Positions 38,743-49,928 are shown, counted from the first letter of the stretch. The stretch: 64,000 bases of DNA from Nitrospinales bacterium (GCA_965262115.1 OZ253496.1:2620265-2684264), one strand, 5' to 3'. The notes: generated by a model from the letters alone, not told the origin. Program-made: numbers and translations.

Positions 38743-39628
38743 TTAATCCTTGCTCCAAAGAAACCTCTGGTTTCCATCCAAAACCTTCATGAAACTTTTT
38801 ATAGTCGATAACACTTCTGCGCTGCCCCCCGTCTCGAGCGGAACCGTGATCTGCGGAAATATTTTTACCCGATATTCCCACCAAGCATTCGGTCAAAGAA
38901 TTTATGCTGGTTTCTTTTCCCGTTCCCACATTAAACGTTCCATTGCAGGTGCGATCCAGTGCCACTAAGTTTGCCTGTGCAATGTCACGAACCGAAATGA
39001 AGTCGCGGGTTTGTTCTCCATCGCCACAAATTACCGGTCTTTGATCCTTCACCAGTTTTTCGCAGAAAATGGCGACGACTCCTGCCTCCCCATGGGGGTT
39101 TTGATGCGGACCGAAAACATTACTATAGCGGAGTACGGTGGTGCTCAACCCATACTGCTCGTTAAAAAATCTTAGATAGTTCTCCGCTCTCAGCTTTGAA
39201 ATACCATAGGGACTCAATGGCTGACACGGATGGTCTTCGTTTGCCGGAAAACAAATTTGTTTTCCATACATGGCGCCTCCGGTCGAAGCGAAAATGAATT
39301 TTTCAATTTTCAAAGATACTGCACTTTGGAGGAGTTGTAAAGTTCCAATAATATTGACGTTAGCGTCGGATAGGGGATCGGTGACCGATTCGGATACGGA
39401 AATTTGAGCGGCATGATGGTTGATGGCGCTAATTTCTTCACATTTTAGAATCTCGGAGACCTTGGGTTCGAGGATGTCCATTTCATAAAATTTTGCCTCA
39501 GGGTTCAGAAACCGCAATTCTCCCGATGAAAGGTCGTCGATCACGGTGACGTGATGGTCCGCTTTAATATAGGTATTGACGATATGGGAGCCGATGAACC
39601 CTGCACCTCCTGTCACTAAAATATTCAC
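38705..39628 (-). CDS. NAD-dependent epimerase/dehydratase (UDP-glucose 4-epimerase-like)
   Basis: TGGAGFIGS, STGGAMYG, PYGISK (YxxxK), GDGEQTRDF. Confidence 0.92.
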   Translation of the reverse strand: MNILVTGGAGFIGSHIVNTYIKADHHVTVIDDLSSGELRFLNPEAKFYEMDILEPKVSEILKCEEISAINHHAAQISVSESVTDPLSDANVNIIGTLQLLQSAVSLKIEKFIFASTGGAMYGKQICFPANEDHPCQPLSPYGISKLRAENYLRFFNEQYGLSTTVLRYSNVFGPHQNPHGEAGVVAIFCEKLVKDQRPVICGDGEQTRDFISVRDIAQANLVALDRTCNGTFNVGTGKETSINSLTECLVGISGKNISADHGSARDGGQRRSVIDYKKFHEGFGWKPEVSLEQGLIETYDFFQNQTA

Positions 39629-42279
39629 TTAAGATTGTCCTTTAATAGCCGGGTTAACTCGAATAGAACCTCCAGTGCTTCTCTGGGGGATAGCTGGTTG
39701 GGATCGATTTCCTTAATTTTATGGATCAATGGGTTCTCCGGGTCCGGGAAGAGGCCCAGTTGGCCAGAGGATTGCTTGTTTTCACGGTTTTCGGAACGGG
39801 AGATTTTTGGAACACCGACCTCATCAAACTCGCTTTGCTCCAGGTTGAATAAAACCTCATGAGCACGCTCCAAAACTTTTTTAGGCAACCCTGCCAGCCG
39901 TGCGACTTGAATGCCGTAGCTTTTGTCGGTTCCTCCTGGAACAATTTTTCTAAGAAAGATGATTTCATCATTCCACTCCTTGACCTGAACATTAAAATTT
40001 TTGACTCCCCGAAGGACACGAGATAGATCTGTCAGTTCGTGGTAATGGGTAGCGAAAAGTGTTTTGGGTCCACCTCCCTGATCGGCTTTGTGAAGGAATT
40101 CGACAATAGCCCAGGCGATACTGATTCCATCAAAGGTGCTGGTTCCCCGACCAATTTCATCCAGAATGATCAGGCTGTCCGGCGTAGCGTTGTTAAGGAT
40201 GTTGGCGGTTTCGTTCATTTCCACCATGAAAGTGGATTGCCCTTTTATTAAATAATCTTGCGCTCCCACTCGGGAAAAAATACGGTCCGTGATTCCCAGG
40301 CTGGTCTTGTCAGCAGGAACAAAACTTCCTATTTGCGCCATGAGATTGATCAAGGCAACCTGTCTTAGATAAGTGGATTTCCCTGCCATATTGGGACCGG
40401 TAATAATCATGATCTGTTGTTCCACCGAGTCCAGAAATGTATCGTTGGAGATGAAACGAACCGAAGGATCTATTTGTTCTATGAGAGGGTGGCGACCTTT
40501 TTCAATAACGAGGCTGCGGTCATTGGTGAACTCCGGCCGGCAATAATTGTATCGGTGCGCGGTTTCGGCAAATGAGGATAACGCGTCAATTTCACTGATG
40601 ATCCGTGCCATGCTCTGTATGCGGGAGCCAGCAAGGGCCACGGTCGATCGAATCTCCTCGAACAGTTTTTGTTCTATGGTGAATATTTTTTCTTCCGCAC
40701 CGGTGATTTCTTCTTCATATTCTTTCAGTTTGGGTGAAATATAACGCTCTGCATTGACCAGCGACTGCTTGCGAATATATTCAGCCGGTACGCGGTCACT
40801 ATGTTTTTTGGTGATTTCTATATAATATCCATAAATTTTATTGAAGCCAACTTTTAAGACTGGAATGCCGGTTTTCTCTTTTTCTTCCAGTTCCAACGAG
40901 GCGATCCAGTTTTTCCCCTGACGGGTAATATTTTTAAGGCGATCCAGTTCCTCGTTACAACCGGCTTTGATCAGGTTGCCTTCCTTGAGGCCAAGGGGCG
41001 GGTCGTCCAAGATATTGCGCTCAATCAAATCGTAAATATTATCAAGGTTGTCCCAGTCTTCAAGATAAGTGTGTAAAGGACTGGAGTCATAACTTTTAAG
41101 AGCCTTTGACAATTCCGGGAAAACGCTCAGGGATGTTTTCAGCGCAATGAGATCTCTTGCATTGCAGGCAGAAAGGGTGATTCGTCCCAGTAACCTTTCC
41201 AGGTCGAAGATATGCTTCAGGAGATTGCGCAGGTTTTTTCTCTCAGTAGGATTATCCTTAAAGTCTTCAACGATGCTCAGGCGTTCGCGGATTTTTTCAG
41301 CATCTATCAACGGTTTTAAAATCCATTCTCGAATTCGCCGTGCGCCCATCGGAGTCTGGGAAAGGTCGAGCAGGTCCAACAGAGAATTTTTCCGGGTGCC
41401 TTCGCTGGATTGGACCAGTTCCAGGCTTACCAGTGTGCACTGATCCAAGGCCATGTAGTCGTGAATGGGAAAGGGGACGAGGGTGGTGATGTGTTCCATA
41501 GCGGACTTCTGAGTTTCCTGCAGGTAATGGAGCAATGCACCGGCCGAAACAATTGCCGCTTCCATATTTTCACAGCCGAACCCTTCCAAAGACTGGGTCT
41601 TAAAATGCTCAACCAGGTTTTTATAAGCCTCTTTGAAAGAAAAGGTCCAGTCTTCCCAGGTGTGGACAAACACCTCACCCGTCGGGAGCCAGGGCCGACC
41701 CGCCTCTTTTTTTGAGTCGGGGATGATTATTTCTTTTGGATCCAGTTTCTGCAGTTCATCGGCAAGAAGGGGGAGGGCGTTTTCTCCATCAATCTGTGTA
41801 ACTTTAAAAACTCCGGTCGATACATCAAGTGCAGCTAGTCCGATTTGGTTTTTCCCGAAATACACAGAGGCGATAAACTGGTCCTTTTTAGGGTCCAGCA
41901 TATTATCATCCAGAATGGTTCCTGGGGTAATGACCCGGACCACTTCCCTTTTGACCAGTCCCTTGGCCTGTTTCGGATCTTCCGTTTGTTCGCAGATGGC
42001 GACCTTCTTGCCGGCTTTAAGGAGTTTGGTGATGTAAAGGTTTGCTGAATGATGGGGAATCCCGCACATGGGTACGGGATTGGATTTTTTATTTCTGGAT
42101 GTGAGAGCGATCTGTAAAATTCCGGACGCGGTTTTTGCATCGTCATTGAACATTTCGTAAAAGTCTCCCATTCTGAAAAACAAAATGGAATCGGAGTATT
42201 CCTTTTTGATTCCCTGATACTGTTGCATCATGGGGGTGTCATCTTGAGTGACCTTAATACTTTTGGCCGAAACGCCCAT
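39625..42279 (-). CDS. mutS: DNA mismatch repair protein MutS
   Basis: TPMMQQY, FRMGDFYEMF, TGPNMAGKSTY, STFMVEM, DEIGRGTST, FATHYHEL. Confidence 0.98.
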   Translation of the reverse strand: MGVSAKSIKVTQDDTPMMQQYQGIKKEYSDSILFFRMGDFYEMFNDDAKTASGILQIALTSRNKKSNPVPMCGIPHHSANLYITKLLKAGKKVAICEQTEDPKQAKGLVKREVVRVITPGTILDDNMLDPKKDQFIASVYFGKNQIGLAALDVSTGVFKVTQIDGENALPLLADELQKLDPKEIIIPDSKKEAGRPWLPTGEVFVHTWEDWTFSFKEAYKNLVEHFKTQSLEGFGCENMEAAIVSAGALLHYLQETQKSAMEHITTLVPFPIHDYMALDQCTLVSLELVQSSEGTRKNSLLDLLDLSQTPMGARRIREWILKPLIDAEKIRERLSIVEDFKDNPTERKNLRNLLKHIFDLERLLGRITLSACNARDLIALKTSLSVFPELSKALKSYDSSPLHTYLEDWDNLDNIYDLIERNILDDPPLGLKEGNLIKAGCNEELDRLKNITRQGKNWIASLELEEKEKTGIPVLKVGFNKIYGYYIEITKKHSDRVPAEYIRKQSLVNAERYISPKLKEYEEEITGAEEKIFTIEQKLFEEIRSTVALAGSRIQSMARIISEIDALSSFAETAHRYNYCRPEFTNDRSLVIEKGRHPLIEQIDPSVRFISNDTFLDSVEQQIMIITGPNMAGKSTYLRQVALINLMAQIGSFVPADKTSLGITDRIFSRVGAQDYLIKGQSTFMVEMNETANILNNATPDSLIILDEIGRGTSTFDGISIAWAIVEFLHKADQGGGPKTLFATHYHELTDLSRVLRGVKNFNVQVKEWNDEIIFLRKIVPGGTDKSYGIQVARLAGLPKKVLERAHEVLFNLEQSEFDEVGVPKISRSENRENKQSSGQLGLFPDPENPLIHKIKEIDPNQLSPREALEVLFELTRLLKDNLK

Positions 42280-42291
42280 AGTGTTTATGCG

Positions 42292-42774
42292 TTACAGATT
42301 TTTAAAATGAGGAAGAAGTTTGTTATAGGTGGCTTTAAGGTGCTCCGGATGGACTTTGGTTTCCCCCAAAACAGGCATGAAATTTGTGTCTCCGGTCCAT
42401 CGGGGAACGATGTGGCAATGAATATGCTCATCATATCCGGCCCCAGCAGCTTTGCCGATATTATATCCAATATTAAAACCGTCAGGGTTTATCACAGCCC
42501 GCAATATCTCGATGCATTTATGGGTCAGTTGATTCAACTCCTTACTTTCGTTGGCATCCTGTTCGGTCAAACATCCTATATGTCTAAAGGGCGATACCAT
42601 CAAGTGGGCGGAATTATAGGGGAAAATATTCATGATGATAAAAACCGACTGGCCCCGATAAAGGATATTGCCTTTCTCGTCATCACTTTCCCTGGGGAGT
42701 GAGCAGAAAATACATTCGTCCGATTTTTCGCTCTTGACATATTCCATCCTCCAGGGTGCCCAGAGTTGCTTCAT
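42292..42774 (-). CDS. HIT-family hydrolase
   Basis: LWAPWR, CIFC, PYNSAH, HIHCHIVPRW. Confidence 0.92.
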   Translation of the reverse strand: MKQLWAPWRMEYVKSEKSDECIFCSLPRESDDEKGNILYRGQSVFIIMNIFPYNSAHLMVSPFRHIGCLTEQDANESKELNQLTHKCIEILRAVINPDGFNIGYNIGKAAGAGYDEHIHCHIVPRWTGDTNFMPVLGETKVHPEHLKATYNKLLPHFKNL

Positions 42775-42804
42775 GGTTTTTCCTAAGCAAAGGGTTTTAT
42801 CAAG

Positions 42805-43275
42805 TCAGAAGTTGCATGTGTCCGCAAGCTTTTTGCCAGGGTAAATCAGTTCGAATAATTCCCGGGTTTTTTTGCGCATTCGCTCTTCCTCCCGATCAGA
42901 TATTTCATGGTCATAGCCCATGAGGTGGAGGATGCCGTGAATGAGCAATAAAGTTAATTCTTCTTCCAGAGACAAGCCGTGTTCCTCGGATTGGCGACGG
43001 GCTGTTTCAAGGGAAATGGCCACATCACCCAGAACAGGTGCCCCGGGAATTTCTGGTTCGCCTTCTAAAATCTGGGGGAACGATAACACATCTGTCGACC
43101 GACCGACATCCCTGAACTGGTGATTCAGGCCACGAATGCCCTGATCTCCGACAAATAATATGCTGATTTCATGCTCATTGCAACGAAGGGAGTCGAGGAC
43201 TTTGCCGATTTGCCGTTTTATATTCCGAGCATCCACTTTGATTTCGGGATAGTCATTTTTTATGAAAATTTCCAT
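42805..43275 (-). CDS. ybeY: rRNA maturation endoribonuclease YbeY
   Basis: TDVLSF, LGDVAIS, HGILHLMGYDH. Confidence 0.96.
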   Translation of the reverse strand: MEIFIKNDYPEIKVDARNIKRQIGKVLDSLRCNEHEISILFVGDQGIRGLNHQFRDVGRSTDVLSFPQILEGEPEIPGAPVLGDVAISLETARRQSEEHGLSLEEELTLLLIHGILHLMGYDHEISDREEERMRKKTRELFELIYPGKKLADTCNF

Positions 43276-43335
43276 AAAGGCACAAAGAAAGATCAAAAAT
43301 CAGTGGGTATCAAGAAGATCACGGAATTGATAAAA

Positions 43336-44301
43336 CTATTCCTGATCCAAACCGGGTTTATCATAAGCTTTGATAATTTTTTTCACCAGCTCATGACGGA
43401 CGACATCTTTGATTGAAAAATAAACAAAGCTGATGCCATTAACCTTGTTCAAAAGGTTTTGAACATGGATGAGCCCCGAATCACTGTGTTTGGGAAGGTC
43501 GATTTGGGTGATATCTCCGGTGACCACCATTTTCGACCGGAACCCCAAACGGGTCAGGAACATTTTCATCTGTTCACGGGTGGAGTTCTGGGCTTCATCA
43601 AGAATGATAAACGAATCACTCAATGTTCTTCCGCGCATATAGGCCAACGGGGCAATTTCTATAGCGCCATCATCAATGAGGTGTCTCACATGATTGCTCT
43701 CCATCATATCACTTAACGCATCATAGAGGGGCATGAGGTAGGGGTTGATTTTTTCGGCGATATCTCCCGGCAGATAACCCAGCTTTTCACCGGCCTCGAC
43801 AGCCGGGCGCACCAGTACAATTCGTTTAAACTTTTTTTTGAGCAGGCCCTCTACGGCCATTGCCACAGCCAGATAGGTTTTTCCTGTTCCTGCCGGGCCA
43901 ATGGAAAGAACGATATCGTCCTGCCTTATAGCTTGGATGAACTGGTGTTGCGCGGGTCCATTGGGGGTGATATAGCCCTTCTTCGGAGAAACAGCAATGC
44001 GCTCTGAAAAGATGGCATTGAGATCGGCTTGAGGGTCTTCAGCTATGAGTCGAATGGCAAATTTCACGTCTCCGTTTTCGACCGGGAGGTTGGCGGCGTG
44101 CAGTTTCTCCAGTTGCATGAAAAGGCTTTCGACTGTTTCGATATCGTCGGGATTGCCCTTAAGCCGGATATGGTTTTCTCGGGTGGTGATGCGGACGTCG
44201 AATTTTTTCTCAATCAGTTTGAGGTTGAGATCATGACTACCAAACAGTTCCGGAATGAGATCATTATTTTCGAGAACTATTTCTTTGGTATCCGGTTTCA
44301 A
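43336..44301 (-). CDS. phoH: PhoH-family ATPase (YbeZ-like)
   Basis: GPAGTGKT, RPAVEAGEKLGYLPG, MRGRTL, DEAQN, GDITQIDL. Confidence 0.94.
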   Translation of the reverse strand: MKPDTKEIVLENNDLIPELFGSHDLNLKLIEKKFDVRITTRENHIRLKGNPDDIETVESLFMQLEKLHAANLPVENGDVKFAIRLIAEDPQADLNAIFSERIAVSPKKGYITPNGPAQHQFIQAIRQDDIVLSIGPAGTGKTYLAVAMAVEGLLKKKFKRIVLVRPAVEAGEKLGYLPGDIAEKINPYLMPLYDALSDMMESNHVRHLIDDGAIEIAPLAYMRGRTLSDSFIILDEAQNSTREQMKMFLTRLGFRSKMVVTGDITQIDLPKHSDSGLIHVQNLLNKVNGISFVYFSIKDVVRHELVKKIIKAYDKPGLDQE

Positions 44302-44340
44302 GCAGGGGTCTCTCTATTTTAAAAGTGTATTGCTATTCGA

Positions 44341-44898
44341 TCACCGCCGTGTCCCTTGGGGGGGGATCAGGCTCAAAAATTCACTGCGGGTTCTGGCGTC
44401 TGACTTGAAGGCGCCCAGCATGGAACTAGTGGTGGTGTAGGAACTTTGTTTTGCCACTCCTCGCATGCACATGCAAAGGTGAAGAGCTTCAATCACCACC
44501 CCCACTCCAATGGGTTGAAGAATCTCGTTCAGGCAATCGGCGATTTGTTTAGTCAGGCGTTCCTGCACTTGGAGGCGGCGGCTGAACGCATCGATAATCC
44601 GTGGCACTTTACTAAGCCCAATAATTTTTCTCTTTGGCAGATAGGCGACATGGCATTTCCCAATGAAGGGGAGCATATGGTGCTCACACATGCTGAACAG
44701 ATCAATGTCCTTGACGATAACCATTTCGTCATAGTCTTCCTGGAATAAGGCGCCATTGACGAGTTCTTCAATATTGACCCAGTAGCCACTGGTTAAAAAT
44801 TTCAGCGATCTATCCACCCGCTCCGGGGTATTCTGGAGCCCTTCCCGGGAAGGGTCTTCGCCCACCGCCAGCAGTATTTGTTTAATGAGGTCTTTCAA
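44341..44898 (-). CDS. folE: GTP cyclohydrolase I
   Basis: [41 protein letters not shown] start at 44898 with RBS. Confidence 0.96.
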   Translation of the reverse strand: MKDLIKQILLAVGEDPSREGLQNTPERVDRSLKFLTSGYWVNIEELVNGALFQEDYDEMVIVKDIDLFSMCEHHMLPFIGKCHVAYLPKRKIIGLSKVPRIIDAFSRRLQVQERLTKQIADCLNEILQPIGVGVVIEALHLCMCMRGVAKQSSYTTTSSMLGAFKSDARTRSEFLSLIPPQGTRR

Positions 44899-45307
44899 GT
44901 TCAGCTCCCCGGTAAATGACAAAATTGCGTTCGGACTCAAAAAGCTTGATCTCGTGCAGAGTGCCGTTCTTAATTTTGGGTTCAATGATATTCCAGAAAT
45001 GGATGGCGATATTTTCTGCGGTGGGGATCACATTTTTTAAAAACGCCACATCCACATTGAGATTTTTATGGTCGACCTTGGCGACGATTTCTTCGTTGAT
45101 CAGTTTTTTAAGCGATTTAAGGTCCAGCACCATTCCGGTTTCCGGGTCCACTTCCCCTCTAACGGTAACCTCCAGGACATAGTTGTGCCCGTGCCCGTTT
45201 GGGTTATTGCATAAACCAAAGATGGCGGCGTTTTTTTCATCCGAAAAGGAAGGGTTGTACAATCTGTGGCTGGCACAAAATTCCAGGCGGCGGGTGATAA
45301 GAATCAT
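44882..45307 (-). CDS. queD: 6-pyruvoyl/6-carboxy-tetrahydropterin synthase
   Basis: [29 protein letters not shown]. Confidence 0.88.
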   Translation of the reverse strand: MILITRRLEFCASHRLYNPSFSDEKNAAIFGLCNNPNGHGHNYVLEVTVRGEVDPETGMVLDLKSLKKLINEEIVAKVDHKNLNVDVAFLKNVIPTAENIAIHFWNIIEPKIKNGTLHEIKLFESERNFVIYRGAELERPH

Positions 45308-45313
45308 GGATGA

Positions 45314-45505
45314 TTATTTAAGATATTTGCGTTTGTTGTCGGTTGAGTAAAAGCCCGGTCCGTACAAATGAAAGTTCATCTGGTTGAATTGTTTGCTCAG
45401 TTTGCCACCACATTCCTCACATTTATCGAGTGGGTCGTCACTGATTTTTTGCAGGACTTCTACGACATCCTTGCACTTTTCACATTGGTACTCATATACG
45501 GGCAT
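45314..45505 (-). CDS. FmdB-family zinc-ribbon protein
   Basis: MPVYEYQCEKC...CEECGG...GFYSTD. Confidence 0.88.
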   Translation of the reverse strand: MPVYEYQCEKCKDVVEVLQKISDDPLDKCEECGGKLSKQFNQMNFHLYGPGFYSTDNKRKYLK

Positions 45506-45611
45506 TAGTGTCTCCAGGCCATCACATGGGTTGCGTGTTGAGAACGCCACTTACATTATAATCCGGCTTGCGGGAAAAATTAACAAAAATAGGCCCTTCA
45601 GGGCCGGGCTT

Positions 45612-46112
45612 TTAAAATCCGGGCCTTTCGGGGTATTGCATTCTTGTCTGACGCTGATGATTGCTTCCACGAAACACGTTCAAGGTCTTGGGAATATTCT
45701 GTTTAAGGGCTTCCAAGCCAAATGGGGAGGAAGGCAAAGTGAGGCCCCATTCGGGGTCATAAATGGCCGCCAGCATTTCATATTGAGTCAAAACCTGTAT
45801 AACAATAAATTTTTCAATGGAATGCTTTTTTTGCACCTCCAGCGGCATCATCAGAGTTTCATTTTCATTCTTGGAGCCCCGGCGCATGACCGCCTTGCCC
45901 GACTCAACCTCTGAAAACGATAATGAGGCGATATGGTCGCTCAATTCCTTAAAAATGAATTTTTTCGGGAAAACAACGATGCCATAATTTTCGTGGTTCT
46001 TGTAGAGCTGATAGTCATAACCGGATCCGGCCCAAACCTGCATGGGGGCCAGGAACAGTGCCAAGGCTATTAGTGTAGTGATGAATCTCATAATAATTAG
46101 ATGATACCTCAA
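45612..46112 (-). CDS. Exported hypothetical protein
   Basis: Signal peptide ending VWA; co-oriented with flanking genes; no recognised domain. Confidence 0.6.
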   Translation of the reverse strand: MRYHLIIMRFITTLIALALFLAPMQVWAGSGYDYQLYKNHENYGIVVFPKKFIFKELSDHIASLSFSEVESGKAVMRRGSKNENETLMMPLEVQKKHSIEKFIVIQVLTQYEMLAAIYDPEWGLTLPSSPFGLEALKQNIPKTLNVFRGSNHQRQTRMQYPERPGF

Positions 46113-46184
46113 TGGCTCCCGATTTTAAAATTTCTCCTCGCCATAAACGATATTGCTTGTGGGCCCTCCGCCGAGGAGCCACGG

Positions 46185-46598
46185 CTAGTGGATTTCAGTC
46201 TGGCTGAAGAAATAGGACATTTCAAATGCCGCAGTTTCCGGTGCATCGGAGCCGTGTGAAGTGTTTCTTTCAATATTCTCGGCAAAATCTTTGCGAATGG
46301 TCCCAGCCTCGGCATCCGCCGGATTGGTGGCTCCCATCAGTTTTCGCCAGTCGGCGATGGCATTTTCCTTTTCGAGCACCAGCAAGACGACGGGACCTGA
46401 ACTCATGGTGGTGGTCATGCCATCGAAAAAAGGCCGTTCCTTGTGGACATAATAAAATCCTTCAGCTTGGGCTTTGCTGAGCAGAGTCCGTTTCATGGCG
46501 ACAATTTTAAATCCGTTAGACTCAATGCGCTCGAGGATTTTTCCTGTGAGGTTGCGTTCTACGCCGTCAGGCTTGATGATAGCAAAAGTTTTTTCCAT
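46185..46598 (-). CDS. ndk: Nucleoside diphosphate kinase
   Basis: [27 protein letters not shown]. Confidence 0.98.
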   Translation of the reverse strand: MEKTFAIIKPDGVERNLTGKILERIESNGFKIVAMKRTLLSKAQAEGFYYVHKERPFFDGMTTTMSSGPVVLLVLEKENAIADWRKLMGATNPADAEAGTIRKDFAENIERNTSHGSDAPETAAFEMSYFFSQTEIH

Positions 46599-46631
46599 TG
46601 CAGGGCTTTCTCTAAGATTTAGAAAATGAAT

Positions 46632-46667
46632 AAAAAAAAAGCATTCGAGCGGTGAAGCCCAAATGCC
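46632..46667 (-). terminator. Intrinsic terminator after the oxidoreductase operon
   Basis: Minus strand GGCATTTGGGC-TTCACC-GCTCGAATGCT followed by a long T run. Confidence 0.75.
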
Positions 46668-46685
46668 TTTTAGTAAAAAACTTAG

Positions 46686-46949
46686 TTAGCGTAAAACAAT
46701 CCCGGTTTTTTTAATGACAAAACCTTCGTCCAATTCTTCAATCCATTTCATTTGAATGGCATCGTTCTTGGCGATATCTGTACAGATATAAACACAAATT
46801 TCACAGGCTTTGCATCGATCTACAGAGACATATGCCGACTTATCTGCTTCGCTATAGTTGATACAGTTTGATTCCGGACAGTATTGTGTGCAGAGATGGC
46901 AATTCTTGGACGAGCATATCTCTTTGTCAACTTCAGCAATGTAGTACAT
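46686..46949 (-). CDS. Ferredoxin-like (epsilon) subunit of 2-oxoacid:ferredoxin oxidoreductase
   Basis: C-x4-CxxCxxxCP and CxxCxxCxxxC clusters; last gene of the operon. Confidence 0.85.
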   Translation of the reverse strand: MYYIAEVDKEICSSKNCHLCTQYCPESNCINYSEADKSAYVSVDRCKACEICVYICTDIAKNDAIQMKWIEELDEGFVIKKTGIVLR

Positions 46950-46969
46950 GTTTTCTCCAGTCTAAAACA

Positions 46970-47677
46970 TTATGCGGTGGCTTTGGCAGGTTGTTCAGCT
47001 TCAGACCAGCCTTGATCAACGGCGTATTGGATAGCCGCATCCAGTACCTTTTGGTTGGCTTCCAGTAATTTTTGCTTCTTCGCAAATTTTTTCTCAATAG
47101 CACTGTCCAAAGCTGCTGTACCACCGGAAACCACGATACCTTTCCCGACGAACCGGTCTTTAACAGATGCCGCCAGGGACTCCGCGTCAGGGAGACCGAA
47201 GATTCCAGAAATAGCACCGCACATGGCCATATTGGTGGCCAGGTCCGTTTTTGCCAACTCATTCGCCATTTCTGTGGCCGGCAGATAGTAAATGCGCGCT
47301 TCTTTCTCTTCCATCTCCCTTTGCTCATCCCGGGTAAATTTAATCGGTTTTTTGCTGTTGATGAGAATGATTCCATGTTGCTTCAAACCGGTATAAAACG
47401 GCATGGTGTAGGACTTGCCCAGCGTAATTACAGAAGGATGAAAAATCATGAGAACGTTCGGATAGATGATCTCTCCAATCTCAAAAATCTCCTCGTTGGA
47501 GATGCGGACATAACTTTCAACGGGAGCGTTCCGCTTTTCTGATCCAAAAAAAGGAACCAGGGAACTGAAACCACCGGATATAACCACACCGTTACTGACA
47601 ATGTGGGATGCCGTCACCACACCTTGACCTCCAATTCCTGCCATACGAACATTATAGCGCTTAACTGTTGCTGCCAT
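46970..47677 (-). CDS. 2-oxoacid:ferredoxin oxidoreductase gamma subunit
   Basis: RMAGIGGQGVVTA, PFFGSEKRNAPVESYVRIS, NMAMCGA. Confidence 0.92.
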   Translation of the reverse strand: MAATVKRYNVRMAGIGGQGVVTASHIVSNGVVISGGFSSLVPFFGSEKRNAPVESYVRISNEEIFEIGEIIYPNVLMIFHPSVITLGKSYTMPFYTGLKQHGIILINSKKPIKFTRDEQREMEEKEARIYYLPATEMANELAKTDLATNMAMCGAISGIFGLPDAESLAASVKDRFVGKGIVVSGGTAALDSAIEKKFAKKQKLLEANQKVLDAAIQYAVDQGWSEAEQPAKATA

Positions 47678-47690
47678 TTTTATTTTCTCC

Positions 47691-48584
47691 TCACTGGTCT
47701 GATTTTTTCTTTTTGGCTTTTTTCTCAATGTCATCCAGATACTCTTTTGCCCGGGGTGAAATGATTTCTTCGAAACCATAACGTTCTTTTTCTATTTCGA
47801 AGGCATCTTTCATGACATCCGGGGTAGGAATAGAGTATTCGATATTGCAGGAGGTATAAGCCTGAATGTAGCTATGTCCTACTTCTCGAGCTACCATAAT
47901 TGCACGGCGAACAGTCCGAGCAACCCGGGCCGGGTTTGTGGGAGCCAGACGGCAAATATAATCCACTTCAGCTACCTTGGCCAGCCCCAGAGCATCAACT
48001 TTGTCTCCGAACTTTCCACGGGGAGCCATTTTGAGAACTTTACCGTGATTGGTCATGCCACTTTCCTGGCCACCGGTGTTTCCATAAACCTCATTGTCGA
48101 GCATGATAGTGACGAATTTTTCTTTGCGGAACCAGGAATGCATCAGGCCTTGGAACCCAATATCGATCAATCCGCCGTCACCTGCCATAACCACAACGTC
48201 TTTTTTCTGGTTGGGGAAACGAATTTCCAGACCGCGTTTCAGACCGGAAGCCACTGCGTTGGTATCGCCGTAGTTCCCGTAAATAAACGGTACGGAAGCC
48301 TGGGAAATTGCCAGTCGCCCACAGCCGGCGGTGCCGACAACAATAGTGTGCTCGGGATTGGGCATTCCAATATAAACGAGACGGATGAATAAGGTCATTG
48401 CACAGCCCGCACACATGGGATGTTCTTCAATCACTTCCTTGAATTTCCCCATGTCCGTTACTTTTACTGTTTGTTTATCCTTACCACCGCGGTTAGTGTA
48501 AGGGCCATGTTCTACCAAGTCCCTGTATTCAATAGGCAAATAGTCTTTAAATACCGGAGAGGGATATAAATTTTCAAGAGACAT
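47691..48584 (-). CDS. 2-oxoacid:ferredoxin oxidoreductase beta (TPP-binding) subunit
   Basis: CAGC, GTAGC, GDGG...DNEVYGNTGGQ TPP-binding motif. Confidence 0.94.
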   Translation of the reverse strand: MSLENLYPSPVFKDYLPIEYRDLVEHGPYTNRGGKDKQTVKVTDMGKFKEVIEEHPMCAGCAMTLFIRLVYIGMPNPEHTIVVGTAGCGRLAISQASVPFIYGNYGDTNAVASGLKRGLEIRFPNQKKDVVVMAGDGGLIDIGFQGLMHSWFRKEKFVTIMLDNEVYGNTGGQESGMTNHGKVLKMAPRGKFGDKVDALGLAKVAEVDYICRLAPTNPARVARTVRRAIMVAREVGHSYIQAYTSCNIEYSIPTPDVMKDAFEIEKERYGFEEIISPRAKEYLDDIEKKAKKKKSDQ

Positions 48585-48695
48585 AGGATTTTATCCTTAT
48601 ATGAAAAAGTGTTTGAATATTATTAACAGGCGGACTTTCACCCTAAGGAATTATACCTGTATTCAAAAAGATAAACAACAAAAACGGGAAAACGG

Positions 48696-49928
48696 TTACT
48701 TAACCTCTTTGCGAAAATCTGCCAGCGCCTCCAGAACCATCTCGGTCGGCATGGTCATACCGCCATATACTCTCGGGCCATCTTTGATGACTGCGGTACT
48801 TTTGCCATAGAGTACGGAACACAGTTCCTTGTGAAGCCAGCCAGCCTGATTGAATTCAGGAACCAGGATCCGCTTGACACCTTGAATCGTCTCGACGATT
48901 TCTGCCGTTGGGAAAGGACGAATGGTTTTGATTTTAATCAGACCTACGGTTCGTCCTTGTTCCCCTTCCTGCCGAACCGCTTCGCGGGCTTGAGAAACAG
49001 CGCAACCGGAAGCAATGATGAATTCTTCAGATCCGGGGTTGACCACTTCAATCAAACCGCCAAGGTATTTACGGAAATATTTTGCCGAACGATGTACCGC
49101 CGCAAAAACTTCCTGTTGCCAGCTGGAGTGCATGTGGTAACTGATGAAATTACTTTTCTGAATTGGGGCATCCCGCGAGATACGTGCAGGCGGGTTCTCG
49201 TTATCCATAGCAGGAACCGCAGACCGCCATCCATCCCGAGGGGGTAGTTTATATTCTTCTGGGGTGATCAAAACGGGGCCACGCGCATGGGTTACGAAAA
49301 AACCATCCGTAGAGACACAAGCGGGCAAGGTTACATCGACCTGCTCCGAGGCCATGATTGCGGCGAGCGGGTAATCATAAAAGTCCTGTTGGTTTTCTGC
49401 ATGCAGCAAAATCATACCGGTATTCAGCATGAATGACATTTCAATATTATCCGGCTGAATGGCCAGAGGCGTATTGATAACCCGACACATATTAAGCATG
49501 ATGATCGGGGTTCTTGCGCCCGGCCATGAGCTGATCGCTTCCATGCCGCGCATCAGGCCAGGGCCTGAAGTTGCTGTCAAGGAGCGCACTCCCGCACGGG
49601 AAGCACCGGAAATGGCAGAGAAGGTTCCAATTTCTTCTTCGGCTCGGTAATACTCTTTGATATACCCTTCATCATAGAGATACCCGGCCTGCTGCATGGA
49701 TTCACTCTGTGGAGTGATCGGATAGGCAATCGCAATATCGATGTTTGCCCGTCTCATAGATTCCCTGGCTGCCTCACTCCCTGTAATAAACTGTTTCTCA
49801 CGGGGGAGTTTGTGAAACATTTCCATAGGGTCTACAACTGTTTGCCTCTCTGTCCCGGGGATCCAGTCAGCTGGTTTTCCTTCATCGACAGCTGTTCTGT
49901 TGACTGCTGCACCTTTCACATTTGCCAT
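48696..49928 (-). CDS. 2-oxoacid:ferredoxin oxidoreductase alpha subunit
   Basis: AYPITPQSE, TATSGPGL, DGFFVTH, RPFP. Confidence 0.94.
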   Translation of the reverse strand: MANVKGAAVNRTAVDEGKPADWIPGTERQTVVDPMEMFHKLPREKQFITGSEAARESMRRANIDIAIAYPITPQSESMQQAGYLYDEGYIKEYYRAEEEIGTFSAISGASRAGVRSLTATSGPGLMRGMEAISSWPGARTPIIMLNMCRVINTPLAIQPDNIEMSFMLNTGMILLHAENQQDFYDYPLAAIMASEQVDVTLPACVSTDGFFVTHARGPVLITPEEYKLPPRDGWRSAVPAMDNENPPARISRDAPIQKSNFISYHMHSSWQQEVFAAVHRSAKYFRKYLGGLIEVVNPGSEEFIIASGCAVSQAREAVRQEGEQGRTVGLIKIKTIRPFPTAEIVETIQGVKRILVPEFNQAGWLHKELCSVLYGKSTAVIKDGPRVYGGMTMPTEMVLEALADFRKEVK